A DNA stretch of 64,000 bases from Octopus bimaculoides (Eukaryota): the NCBI RefSeq assembly GCF_001194135.2, contig NC_069005.1, positions 30,862,991 to 30,926,990 on the forward strand. The letters are read 5' to 3'. How positions within the stretch are numbered: the stretch's first letter is position 1; each line of letters starts with the position of its first letter. The notes under the pieces were generated by a model. The model was not told the origin of the DNA. It saw nothing but the letters and a program-made list of their open reading frames with translations, and ran no database searches. Positions 9,957 through 24,796 of the stretch are shown here, one piece after another. A program made the position numbers and the translations under genes.

Positions 9957-12729
9957 TAATTTTTTGTATAATTATATATTGTTAATATAACAATACATAA
10001 AAACGGGCTAGAATTGAAGTGCTCAGCATGAGCTAGAATTCAAATTATGGTAAGAATGGATACATAAGGGTGGTTGCCGATGATGAGTGGCGGCCTGAAA
10101 GTTTTTAGAGATAAAATTCTTGAAGGTCGTGTGTTAATTGAAGCAGCTGGAGATACAATAGTTTGACCATGTCTGGCCATGGGGAAACATTCCCTTGCTT
10201 GGAAGCATGTGAGGGTTGGCAACAAAAGGAGCATCTGTCTTTAGAAAACTTGCCTCAGTAAGCTCCTTCTGACTCATGCAAGCATTGGAAAGTGGATGTT
10301 AAAAAGATGAGGATTATGTAATGCTCTGAGAGCTAATAACCAGTAACAGGGAGTTTATTCCATGCTATGAAAACTGCAGACCTGAAAACAATGTTAAGCT
10401 TAACACTTTAGCATTTAAACTGGCCAAATCTGACTCAAATATTCTACGTTTTACCTCCATATTGACCATATCTAACCTCTCACACCTAACCTACACTAAC
10501 ATCCTAAAAATAAGTAATCACATCAACAAAATCTCAAAGTTATAAGATAATGTGTGATTAATTCAAAATAGTTTTGAATAAAAAAGTTTTAGATTGGACA
10601 GTGTAATCTCAGTGCAGCCTTTAAACCAACCGTATCCAACCCAAAATATTCTACATGTTTTACATTCAAAGTGGCCATATCAAGCCTCTCACACCTGTCC
10701 TGCACTGACATTCTAAACATAAGTAATCACATCATCGAAACCTCAAAGCTACAAGATAATCCATGATTAATTCAAAACAATTTGAATAAACAAGCATTAC
10801 ATTTGACAAAATAATCTGAAACTGGCCATATCGAGCCTCTCACACCTACCAGGCACTGACATTCTAAAAATAAAAAATCACATTGTCAAAATCTCAAATC
10901 GACAAGATAATCCATGATTAATTCAAAACAATTTGAAGNNNNNNNNNNNNNNNNNNNNNNNNNNNNNNNNNNNNNNNNNNNNNNNNNNNNNNNNNNNNNN
11001 NNNNNNNNNNNNNNNNNNNNNNNNNNNNNNNNNNNNNNNNNNNNNNNNNNNNNNNNNNNNNNNNNNNNNNNNNNNNNNNNNNNNNNNNNNNNNNNNNNNN
11101 NNNNNNNNNNNNNNNNNNNNNNNNNNNNNNNNNNNNNNNNNNNNNNNNNNNNNNNNNNNNNNNNNNNNNNNNNNNNNNNNNNNNNNNNNNNNNNNNNNNN
11201 NNNNNNNNNNNNNNNNNNNNNNNNNNNNNNNNNNNNNNNNNNNNNNNNNNNNNNNNNNNNNNNNNNNNNNNNNNNNNNNNNNNNNNNNNNNNNNNNNNNN
11301 NNNNNNNNNNNNNNNNNNNNNNNNNNNNNNNNNNNNNNNNNNNNNNNNNNNNNNNNNNTACAAGATAATCCATGATTAATTCAAAACAATTTGAATAAAC
11401 AAGCATTACATTTGACAAAATAATCTGAAACTGGCCATATCGAGCCTCTCACACCTACCAGGCACTGACATTCTAAAAATAAAAAATCACATTGTCAAAA
11501 TCTCAAATCGACAAGATAATCCATGATTAATTCAAAACAATTTGAAGAAAAATGCATTACATTTGGCAGAATAATCTGGCTGCTTAATCCTTTAGCATTT
11601 GAACCAGTCATAGCCAGCCCAGACATTCTACAAGTTTTACATTCAAACTGGCCATATAAAGCCCCTCACAGCTACCCTGCACTGACATGCTAAACATAAA
11701 CAACCACATGATTACATTTGACAGAGTAACCTGAATGCTAAAGGGTTAAAGTGATTTTATTTTTCAGGACCGCGATATAGTGGAGCCTTTTCTGATCCCT
11801 TTGGTAATCATTGGAGGCAAATATGACATTTTCCAGGTAAGAAAGATCAATCCATTAGTTTCAAAGACTCCAGACTATTGTTGTTGTTGTTGTTAGTGGT
11901 GGTAGTAGCTGTAGTGGTGGTTGTATGAAGTGTGATGTTCATGTCGGCTATTTGTGGTAGTAGTAGTAGTAGTAGTGGTAGTAGTAACGCTGGTGGTGGT
12001 TTGAATGTTAGTGGAAATAATAGTGTATTGGTGATTGTAGTGTTGGTGGTTGTGGTGGTGGTGGTGGTGGTGGTGGTTGGAGCTGCATCGTTGCTGTTTC
12101 TTGAAAGAATTTTTCTGAGAAGAATTAAAAAAAGAAGGAAAGAAAATACTAGAAATATTTCTTTAACTCGGAAGATTTGAAANNNNNNNNNNNNNNNNNN
12201 NNNNNNNNNNNNNNNNNNNNNNNNNNNNNNNNNNNNNNNNNNNNNNNNNNNNNNNNNNNNNNNNNNNNNNNNNNNNNNNNNNNNNNNNNNNNNNNNNNNN
12301 NNNNNNNNNNNNNNNNNNNNNNNNNNNNNNNNNNNNNNNNNNNNNNNNNNNNNNNNNNNNNNNNNNNNNNNNNNNNNNNNNNNNNNNNNNNNNNNNNNNN
12401 NNNNNNNNNNNNNNNNNNNNNNNNNNNNNNNNNNNNNNNNNNNNNNNNNNNNNNNNNNNNNNNNNNNNNNNNNNNNNNNNNNNNNNNNNNNNNNNNNNNN
12501 NNNNNNNNNNNNNNNNNNNNNNNNNNNNNNNNNNNNNNNNNNNNNNNNNNNNNNNNNNNNNNNNNNNNNNNNNNNNNNNNNNNNNNNNNNNNNNNNNNNN
12601 NNNNNNNNNNNNNNNNNNNNNNNNNNNNNNNNNNNNNNNNNNNNNNNNNNNNNNNNNNNNNNNNNNNNNNNNNNNNNNNNNNNNNNNNNNNNNNNNNNNN
12701 NNNNNNNNTATAATATATATTTTTATTTA

Positions 12730-12768
<39 letters not shown>

Positions 12769-12954
12769 GTATATATACACCTCCGTATATATTTAGGGGT
12801 GTGTGTGTATGTGTGCATATTCATACATATGCATACATGTGTGTGGTTGTTTGTAGAAACATGTGTCTGCATGTACACACACACACACATCAAAAGACAA
12901 AGTAGCGAACAATTTCAAGTAAATGAGAAACATTATCAAAATCAATAAATTATC

Positions 12955-12996
<42 letters not shown>

Positions 12997-13025
12997 GATG
13001 ATCATGACTGTTTCCTCCTCCCACC

Positions 13026-13057
<32 letters not shown>

Positions 13058-14482
13058 TATCATTATTATTACGATATCCATCTCCACCACCGCCATCATC
13101 ATCATCATCATCAGCATTTTCAAAACAGAATTAACAGGAAATAGGTTAGAGTGAGTTTTGTTTTAAACATTTCTTTTTTTATACAGGAAACTGAAATATT
13201 AAAAAAAAATAAATAAATAAATAAAAGGTAAGGCATAGGGTGTGTGTGTGTGTGTGTGTGTTGGAGTCTGTGTGTATGAATGTCAAGTGTGTATATGAAC
13301 GTGTGTGTGTGAAGTTGCATGTATGTACATGTGTGTATATATGTATGTAGGTGTGTATGCATGTGTGTGTGTATGTATGTAACAAGTGTGTGTTTTGACT
13401 GTGCGATAGATGTATATACACCTGATGATGGTACTGACGTGTATGCACACTGTGCATGTATCTCTGCACACACATACACACACCTATATGCATGTATATA
13501 TATAGATATATATATATAAACATTGTTGTGTAGGGAGTGGCTGTGTGGTAAGTAGCTTGCTTACGAACCACATGGTCCCGGGTTCAGTCCCACTGCGTGG
13601 CACCTTGGACAAGTGTCTTCTACTATAGCCTTGGGCCGACCAAAGCCTTGTGAGTGGATTTGGTAGACGGAAACTGAAAGAAGCCCGTCGTATATGTATA
13701 TCTATATATATGTGTGTGTGTGTGTATATGTTTGTTTGTTTCATTCATTCAGTCAAATGACTAAAACAAATAAATGATTAAAAGAATATATAAAGATATA
13801 TGTCCACCTTTATACATACACACATAGGGTAAAGTGTAAGGACTTACTTTGATCATGGCTGACCATGGGGTTGCACCTAGAAAGTTCCCCTCCGAGGCAC
13901 AAGTCCAGGCAAGGTTGTTTATGGAAGACCAGCCATTGCCCATGCATACCAGCCTCCCTTCTCCATGCCACTGATGTTATCCAAGGGAAACACAGACGCA
14001 AATGTCTTATCATTAAACATCTACTTTCTATGCTGTCTAATGTTGAATGGTTTCATAGGAGCTAATAATCCAGAAGACTGTGAGAACTCTTTTGTTTGCT
14101 TTGGCATGGTTTACTATGGTTGGATGTCCTTCCTACAACACACACACACACATATATATAATATAAGACCTCCAGTAAAAAGAAGAATCTAAGCTATGCT
14201 CTTCCATTCAGATATGTCTGATGAATGCTAATTTATCTTTGCACACTTGGATGGTTCTTTGACATGAAACTGTTTAATAACGTGGATTGGCTGTTATGAG
14301 ACTAAATTTATGGGTATACCTCAAATGTTTATTTAGTTATGTTATATATTATATTAAATAATATATATATTATATTATATATGTAAAATGCATATATGTA
14401 TATATGTGCACACGTATATACACATATTCATTACATATATATATACATATAAATATATAATATACTATATGTAATATGTGTG

Positions 14483-14525
<43 letters not shown>

Positions 14526-15107
14526 GCACAAATACACACACATATATTACGTAAATATATGTATACACGCACTAACACAAATATATGTATGTGTACATTC
14601 TGTATGTGTGTGTGTGTGTGTGTGTGGTTTGTGTATGTGTGCACACACATGGAATTAAGTGTGTTGGCTTTATTCGTTAGTGTCAATAACTGAAGGGAGT
14701 TTACTCCTTCATAGATATGTGTGTGTGTGTGTGTGTGTGCTTTACCTTGAAGCTCATTTTATTTAGACAGTTTTAGATATTAAATTAAGTTATGTAACCC
14801 TAAACCCAGTTTATTACCCATACATGGAGATTTCTTGCTTGAATCTATGCTGCTGATGTATTTTGTGAATTAGATATTATCTGTCATATGTTTGTGTGTG
14901 TGTGTGTGTGTTTATGTGTGCATCTCAAAAGTCTTTATTCAATTAGTTGACGTATTATATTAAATTATATAATAAATACACACACACACACACACGCATG
15001 TGGATGTATGTTTGTATATGTATACATATATATATATATATATATACATCCCTTTTGGGATGTGATATTCGGGTGCCTTCGCATAAGTACCATATTCAAG
15101 CCTTGAA

Positions 15108-15142
<35 letters not shown>

Positions 15143-15213
15143 TCCTTTGTATATGTACACATATACGTGTGTTTATATATCTATATATATTATATACATG
15201 TGTGTGTGTGTGT

Positions 15214-15247
<34 letters not shown>

Positions 15248-16359
15248 GTTCCACCCATGCTAGCATGGAAGGCGGATGTTAAATGGTGATGATGATGATA
15301 ATATGAGTATGTACATATATATATATTTATATGTATGTATATGNNNNNNNNNNNNNNNNNNNNNNNNNNNNNNNNNNNNNNNNNNNNNNNNNNNNNNNNN
15401 NNNNNNNNNNNNNNNNNNNNNNNNNNNNNNNNNNNNNNNNNNNNNNNNNNNNNNNNNNNNNNNNNNNNNNNNNNNNNNNNNNNNNNNNNNNNNNNNNNNN
15501 NNNNNNNNNNNNNNNNNNNNNNNNNNNNNNNNNNNNNNNNNNNNNNNNNNNNNNNNNNNNNNNNNNNNNNNNNNNNNNNNNNNNNNNNNNNNNNNNNNNN
15601 NNNNNNNNNNNNNNNNNNNNNNNNNNNNNNNNNNNNNNNNNNNNNNNNNNNNNNNNNNNNNNNNNNNNNNNNNNNNNNNNNNNNNNNNNNNNNNNNNNNN
15701 NNNNNNNNNNNNNNNNNNNNNNNNNNNNNNNNNNNNNNNNNNAATGTATATATACATAAATATATATGTATTTATATATTTATATGTATACGTTTATATA
15801 TATATATATTCATTCCTTTTCTGTAATTTCTGCAGTGCTATTTACCTTCTTTCATCTTAATTATGTCTTCGTGTTCCATTTCATAGAACTCTGACCCAGA
15901 GCACAGGAAAATCATTTGCAAAACTCTGAGGTTTTTGGCGCACTACCACGGTGCTACCCTGCAGGTTGGTCGAGCATATCATTTCATAGAAATATCCTTC
16001 TCAACTCCACCCCTCACCGACCCAACATCTAACCCCACCCGAAAAAAAAAAAAACACCACCACCACTACCACCATATTTATTCTGCCGTCCATTCCACCT
16101 ACACTTACCAATTGTTGGAACAATGCCCTCTATTCATTCCCCTCCTTGCCTTTGATCTCAAATTTCTCTCGTTAAACATGTTTCTGTTTATTTCTTTGTG
16201 TATTTGTTTGTGTATGTATGTATGTGTGTGTGTATGTATGTGTGTGTGTTTTGTTTCGTTTTGGTTTATTTTGTGTTTTTCTTTTAATAATGGCTTTGTT
16301 TATTTCTGGTTGTTGTTGTTACATTACTGCTTAATGGAATATAGAATGTGTATGTATGT

Positions 16360-16410
<51 letters not shown>

Positions 16411-19400
16411 TCACCATCATCATTTAACATCCACTTTCTATGCTGGCACACACATTCATTTCATACATAAATATATATAGATAGATAGATACACATATGC
16501 ATACACTTACTGAATGAGGGTAAAATACTCAATACAGAATGTAGAGTATAGGCATTTTAACTTGGTTTGCTGAAATCAACCTGTGGATTATATATATATA
16601 TACATATATATNNNNNNNNNNNNNNNNNNNNNNNNNNNNNNNNNNNNNNNNNNNNNNNNNNNNNNNNNNNNNNNNNNNNNNNNNNNNNNNNNNNNNNNNN
16701 NNNNNNNNNNNNNNNNNNNNNNNNNNNNNNNNNNNNNNNNNNNNNNNNNNNNNNNNNNNNNNNNNNNNNNNNNNNNNNNNNNNNNNNNNNNNNNNNNNNN
16801 NNNNNNNNNNNNATATATGGACTGGCTTGTGTGGGTGGCACATAAAAGACACCATTTCGAGCGTGGCCGTTGCCAGTATCACCTGACTGGCCTTCGTGCA
16901 GGTGACACGTAAAAGCACCTACTACACTCTCTGAGTGGTTGGCGTTAGGAAGGGCATCCAGCTGTAGAAACTCTGCCAAATTTAGATTGGAGCCTGGTGT
17001 TGCCATCCGGTTTCACCAGTCCTCAGTCAAATCGTCCAACCCATGCTAGCATGGAAAGCGGACGTTAAACGATGATGATGATGATGATGATGATGATGTA
17101 TATGAGGAATAGAATATTTTCCATTGTGTACAATATAGTACATTAGTAATAATAACAATATTAGTCAGAAGAAATGAAGGATTTGTTTCATAGTTTATTG
17201 AAGTCTTCAAGTTTTTCAAGAAAATGAAATGGAATGAAATCAAATAGAATAAAATAATGGAGAATAATTTATGCTATTACTTTTAAGAATGTGACAAGCT
17301 TCTTTAAGTTTCTCTGTTCCAAATTTGCCCTCAAGGAATTGGGTTGTTCTTAAAGCTACAGCAGAAGGTACTTGTCCTTAGTGGTGTGCAGTGGGACTGA
17401 ACTCAAAACGAGTTTGCTGAGTAGCCTTCTTCTTAACCACACAGCCAAGCCTGCCAGTGTATCTGTAAAAAAAAAAAAAAAAAGGAAAAGAAAAACTCAA
17501 TGGGATGGTCATGATAAGATTGTCAGTCCTAAATAACAATAAACGGGATGGTCACGATAAGATTGTCAGTCCTAAATAACAATAAATGGGATGGTCACGA
17601 TAAGATTGTCAGTCCTAAATAACAATAAATGGGATGGTCATGATAAGATTGTCGGTCCTAAATAACAATAAATGGGATGGTCATGATAAGATTGTCAGTC
17701 CTAAATAACAATAAATTGATTATCAGTGCATCTTCTGTTTGTCTTTGTTACCAATTGACGTTAAAGTATCAGGTGTGGGGCGGGTAATGGCAGGATGTAT
17801 TGATTTTTGTTTTTACTGGGCAAACAAAATAAAATAAGATAAATATAAGAATAATAGAACAAAATAAAAGGTATAACAAAAATAAATAAAAAAAATATAT
17901 TTCGAAGAGAGTTAAAATGATAAATTAAAAGTTTGTAAATGAAATAAAATAAATATCATTTTTTTTTTCATTTGTTTTGCTGATCACGTGGGTAAGAGTT
18001 AAAGACACACAGAGTTTTGAAACCAATCTTAATTAGCGTTGGTCATCTCGGTCGTTTAAATAAATTGATTAAATATTTGTGTTTTGTGTTTTTACCGATG
18101 GTTTATTCTGGAGCATTCCAATACAAATTTGATATCATCATCATCATCATTGTCATCATCATCGTCGTCATCATCATCGTCGGCATCATCATGATTATCA
18201 TCATCATCATTATCGACATTTAACGTCCATTTTCCATGCTGGCATGGGTTAGATGGTTTGACAGGATCTGGCAAGCCGTAGGACTGCATCAAGCTCCAAT
18301 ATCTGTTTTGACATGGTTTTTCTACAGCAGGATGCCCTTCCTAACACCAACTCCCTTTTTTTACAGAGTGTGCTGGGTGCTTTTTACATGGCATTGGTGA
18401 GGTTGCCGAGTACTTTGCCAGGCAAGGAAACAAAAACAAGAAAGAAAAGAGAAAAAAGAAATAGCAAATGCCTCGTCTTGTAAGTGGGTGGAGTTTATAT
18501 TTGAGAGAGAGAGAAGGTTTCAATCTGATTTGGCATGGTTTCTACAGTTGGACGCCCTTCCTAACACCAACCACTCCAAGAGTGTATTGAGTTTCTTTAT
18601 GTGCCACTGGCATGGGTACCAGCTGTGTGACACCAGTATCTGCCATGACTACTATTTCACTTGGCTTGTTGAGTCTTCTTCTCAAGCACAGCACATTGCC
18701 AAAAGTCTCGGTCATTTGTCATTGCCTCTGTGAGGCCCAGCGCTCGAAGGTGCTTTTTATGTTCCACTGGCACCAGTCACGTTGCCCAAACAATATATTC
18801 ATCTAACTCATACTAGCATGGAAAAATTGAAGGAAAAACAATAGCGTTTTTGTACAACAGTCTTTTTCTCTTTCATTCCATCTCTGTCTGCCTGTCTGTC
18901 TGCCTCTGTGTGTGTGTGTGTGTGTGTGTGTGCGATGTGTGTATAGGTGGAGGATTCTCTTAGGAACAGTATGTGTATGCATGTATGTATACATGTTTGT
19001 CTATGTTATGCTCTTAGATTTCTGTGTATGTGTGCATATGTATGTATGTGTGTATGTATATATACATATATATATGTATGTCTGTATATATATATCCATA
19101 TATATATATATATATATATNNNNNNNNNNNNNNNNNNNNNNNNNNNNNNNNNNNNNNNNNNNNNNNNNNNNNNNNNNNNNNNNNNNNNNNNNNNNNNNNN
19201 NNNNNNNNNNNNNNNNNNNNNNNNNNNNNNNNNNNNNNNNNNNNNNNNNNNNNNNNNNNNNNNNNNNNNNNNNNNNNNNNNNNNNNNNNNNNNNNNNNNN
19301 NNNNNNNNNNNNNNNNNNNNNNNNNNNNNNNNNNNNNNNNNNNNNNNNNNNNNNNNNNNNNNNNNNNNNNNNNNNNNNNNNNNNNNNNNNNNNNNNNNNN

Positions 19401-19509
19401 NNNNNNNNNNNNNNNNNNNNNNNNNNNNNNNNNNNNNNNNNNNNNNNNNNNNNNNNNNNNNNNNNNNNNNNNNNNNNNNNNNNNNNNNNNNNNNNNNNNN
19501 NNNNNNNNN

Positions 19510-19567
<58 letters not shown>

Positions 19568-22141
19568 ATTATATAATTATATAATTATATACATACTATA
19601 CATGCATATCATATATAGATATAAATTACCTATGAATTATATATAAATATACATACATATATATATATCTATGTATATAAAACACATATATAGATATAAG
19701 TTACCTATGAATTATATATGTGTGTGTGTGTGTGTGTGTGTATGTATATAATGCACACATATATAGATATAAATTATCTATGAATTATATATATGTATAT
19801 ATACATAGATATGCATATAACTTATGTGTAATTTGTTATGGACTGAAGACAGCCATAAACCGTAGCTTTTAACTCAACATCCAGGTCTCGTAAACCAACC
19901 CATCTCTCAATCATGGTATTTTAAAAGACAAGCCAACTCTCTGCTATGGCCTTTGTTGTTATTGATTAGTTACGGTTAGCAAACGCTCCAACAGAGCTGT
20001 GACACAGCCTCTGGTGATCAAACATCCAACTACAAACCCTGCTCTAACAACCACCACCACCACCACCACCACCATCACCCCCGTCACCACCACCACTACA
20101 CTTTGTGCATCTTGGTATTAGATGGGTTAACTTGAATGGTTCGCTTGGTATTCTTTTTGATGGTGTTATCGTATTATTTCCAGGTCAGCTATGTTTGAAC
20201 TAACCTATGAGCATTCTGACCATAACCAATCCGGTTTTTTGCATAAACAGGATGGCCACAGGTATGTCTGGGCAGTCAAAGAAGTTTGCCACTTTGTAAG
20301 CACTGGTTACAGGTTTAATCCCACTGAATCATAGAATCTTGACCAAATGTCTTCTAGTATAGCTTTGGGCTGAACAATGTCTTGTGTGTAAAATTTGATA
20401 GAAACTGTCTGTAAATCTGCATGTGTATGTGTGACCACATGTACATGTATGTGTTTAAATAGAAGTTAGATGATGTGGAAATAGTTAATAGAAAAGGACA
20501 AATAAACAGGGGAAACTTCTCATCAGCTATGGTGTCCAAATCAATGTAGTTTTGGTGCATTTAACCCATAGAACTACTCTTGAGAGTTCTGATGATTTAA
20601 TTGAAGACAGTATAGTAAGAAGTATGAAGGCCTGAAAATATGCTGCTGTTGTTGCTGTTGTTGTTGTTACTGCTGCTGTTTAGCTATAGATCAACCCTGA
20701 TGAAGCTGGCTTCAAGCTGTGACCATCCCAATCTTTCCAGGGGTGTACAAGAATACAATATCTAATGTACCATTGCCATATTTAGGATGATAGGGTGGGA
20801 TTTGAGGTGTGAATGGTGGATTTCGTTGCTATTTCTTGTGTGTTGAACAACCACATAGAGGCTCTCTTGCTCATTGGTTAATGAAGAATCCTGCTGTTGT
20901 TGTTATTTTTTCTCTTGTTACAATGGCAAATTGGCAGGATAAAATGCCTTGTGGTGTTTGTTTCAGATTTCTACCTTATGAGTTCAAACCCCACTGAGAT
21001 CATTTTTGACTCATCTTTTCGGGGGTCATTAAAAAGGTACCGAGTCATGCTGAGAGATTAGTGAGGCTGTTAGAGGGATCAAGCAAGGTGCCCTGTGGTA
21101 TTTGATCCCTCTCTACTCATCCTGACAGCAGTGCCCACAATAACACTGAAGAATTTGGTGGAGTGGAGTACAACTGATATTGTATATCTGGTGGAGTGGA
21201 GTACAACTGAAATTGTATATTTGGTGGAATGGAGTACAACTGGTATTGTATATCTGGTGGAGTGGAGTACAACTGATATTGTATATCTGGTGGAGTGGAG
21301 TATAACTTGTATTATATATCTGATGGGATTGAGTACAGCTATTGTATATCTAGTGAAGTGGAATACAGCTTGTATATCTGATGGAGTGGAGTACAACTGG
21401 TATTGCATATTGGAATGAAGTACAGCAAGTATTGTATATCTGGTGGAGTGGTGTATAACTGGTATTGAATAGCTGGTGGAGAGGAATTTAGCTCAGTACT
21501 TGAGTCTCTGCTAACCTAACACTTCTTTCTGTCTTTGTTAAGCTTTTAACCGAGAAATCTATAATGATATAATTTCAATATGTGTGTGTGTGTGTATGTA
21601 TAAATGTATAAGTTTGTGTATGTGTGTGTGTGTGGTGTATCGATTTTCTCTTTTCTTCCCATTGATTTGATAAAATGGGCTTTGTGTGTGTGTGTGTGTG
21701 TGTGAGAATTGTATTTGTAGATGAAGACTGTTATTTACAGGAGTGGCTGTGGTGCTCATGTGGTTGTGGTTGTTGTTGATGAAGATGGTGGTGATGATAA
21801 TGATTGTGGTGGTGAAAGATGTTGTGGTGGTGGTGGTGGTGGTGGTGGTGATGATTGTGAATAATTTTAATGGCCATTATTAAAGACAGCACGAACAGTG
21901 CAACTTTTCACTGCATCTGTGATGTTAATCGTAGCTATAGTAGTAGTAGTAGTAGTAGTAACGGTGGTGGTGGTGGTGGTGGTGGTGGTGGTGGCGGTGG
22001 TAGGTAAGTTGAATGATGGCATGGGTGGGAGGAGGAGTAGCAGTGAGGATGGATGGATGATTGGTAAACGTTTGCAGGGGTGTTTGCTGTCTCATTGTGT
22101 TACAAATTCATCTTCATCATCATCACAATCATCATCACAAT

Positions 22142-22173
<32 letters not shown>

Positions 22174-23230
22174 TCACCACCATCATCATCATCATCATTT
22201 AACATCCACTTTCCATGCTGGCATGGGTTGGACGGTTTGACTGGAACTGGTAAGCTGGAGAGCTGCACCAGGTTCCAGTCTGATTTGGTATGGTTTCTAC
22301 AGATGGTTCCTACAGGAGGCTGGCCCTCCTTCATTTGACTGAGTAATCTGAATGTCGAAGGATTCGAGTATTTAGTTTTTTAATTCCAAGAAACCAATTT
22401 TGACTAGAATTTTTCCATTTCTAAGACACTAATATTGATTAAATTTTGCCCAGTGTCGGGAATCTAAAGTTAATTAATTATCAGTCATAATCATAATCAT
22501 TGTCATTGTTTTGACATCCACTTTTGCCTGCTTCCATGGGTCGGACAGAATCTGTTGGGGCAGATGTCTTACCCATGCCAGCACGGAAAACGAATGCTAA
22601 ATGATGATGCTGTTAATGATACAGTGGGCTTCTTTCAGTTTCCATCTATTCAATCCACACACAAGGCTTTGGTCTTCCCAGGGCTACAGTAGAAGATACT
22701 TGCCTAAGGTACCCTGCACCGAGACTGAACCCAAAACCATGTGGTTGTATAGAAGCCAGCGAACAAGCGAGCAAGCTAGCTTCTCAACCACACAATTTTC
22801 AAGAAGTCAATGCTGGGAAAATATTGCACCATTTTTATGTCAGAAGTTTCAGCTCTGTTTTATACCCAGAAGAATATCAGACATATTAAAAATTGCGTGT
22901 TTGTTTTTTTGTTGTTTGTAGTTCTTCAGTATCAGAGATAAATCCCTTGGCAAACAAATTGAATACTTAAAAAATCACCATTTATTTGGCAACCATTACC
23001 CGTAAGTAAAAGCTCCTTTTCATCTCACTTTTAGTTCTGTCTTTCACTTGTTTTGCTCATTGGTCTGTGGCCATGCTGGGGCACCGTGTTCAAAGCTTTC
23101 AGTTAAACAAATTAACTCCATTACTTATTGTTTTGAAACCTGGTACTTCTTCTGTGTGGCCTCTTTCGCTGAGCCACTCGCTAGGTTACAGGAATGTAAA
23201 CAAACCAACACCATTCGTCATGCAGTAGTA

Positions 23231-23268
<38 letters not shown>

Positions 23269-23512
23269 CACACATACATATTTTTTTACTTGTTTCAGCC
23301 ATTTGATTGTGGCCATGCTGGAGCACCACCTTAAAGGGTTTTAACCAAAGAAATCAACCCCAGGGCTTATTCTTTGTAAGCCTAGTACTTACTCCATCAG
23401 TCTCTTTTGCCAAACCACTAAGTTATGGGCATATAAGCACATCAGCATTAGTTGTCAAGTGATGGCAAGGATACAAGCACAGACACACACATGAATATAT
23501 GCATGTATATAT

Positions 23513-23547
<35 letters not shown>

Positions 23548-23862
23548 GAAGGTTTGAAAATGCACTTATTTTAAAGATATTTATTTACTTAACCAGTTTC
23601 ACTTTTTTAGAAAAAGATTATCAAAAGTCTTTGAGAATAATAGAAAATGTTAAAAAACAGTTTGAGTATTAAAATGCATATATACATTCTTTGATGATAA
23701 TAAGAGGAATATATTTAAAGTATAAAGCTTTGTATGAGCTTTGTAGTGTTACATACTGATTATCACACATTCTCTGATAATAAGATGAAAATGTTAAAAA
23801 CAGTGTAAGTATGAAAATACATATATGGAAAAATACATATACATATTCTTTGATAATAATAG

Positions 23863-23898
<36 letters not shown>

Positions 23899-23966
23899 GG
23901 CTTCTTTTAGTTTCCATCTACCAAATCCACTCACAAGGCTTTGGTTAGCCCAAGGCTATAGTAGAA

Positions 23967-24005
<39 letters not shown>

Positions 24006-24340
24006 GCAGTTGCTTTTAGTTTTCGTCTACAAAATTCAACTAACAAACAACAATTTGATCAAACTGCAAGGCCATAGTAGAAGACACTTGCTCAATATGG
24101 CCTGCAGAGGGACTGAACCTGGAACCATGTGTTTGGGAAGCAAAATTCTTACCACACAGCCACACCTGGACCTATATATTGGAGAACTAAGTTGGATGAT
24201 ATAATGTGTAGATGTAGGATGTGTGTATGTACATGTGTATGAATGCATGTGTGAATACATGTGTGTATACTCATATTCATGTGTATGTTTAGTGTTGTGT
24301 ATGTGTATATACTTGTGTGTGAAGCGGTTCCTTATATATA

Positions 24341-24407
<67 letters not shown>

Positions 24408-24635
24408 GGTGTATATGTGTGTGTATGTAAGTGTATTTGAGTGTCTGTATATCTGATGTGTGGTCTAGTGTGTGTGTGTTTGATGTTAAATTATGTGTGT
24501 GAGTGTGTATGTGTGTTTCAAATGCATTCACACACACAAATACATGTCATTTATACACCACCACACACACACATACACACACATAGAAATGCAACATTAC
24601 CACCTGTCAAACATATACACACACACCTCACCATC

Positions 24636-24666
<31 letters not shown>

Positions 24667-24762
24667 TCTATGTCTCTTACATACAAACACACGCACACAT
24701 CTCTCCCCTACCCCGTGAAACATCGTTTTTGATGTTAGTGTACACCATGTTGTACATGCATA

Positions 24763-24796
<34 letters not shown>

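Noticed and set aside
15935-16480. 181-aa ORF running out of exon 9
   Set aside because: Intron read-through into low-complexity sequence past the gttggt donor
17502-21490. CRISPR-like arrays (43-bp and 33-bp repeats)
   Set aside because: Units are directly tandem with no unique spacers, and the context is eukaryotic intron
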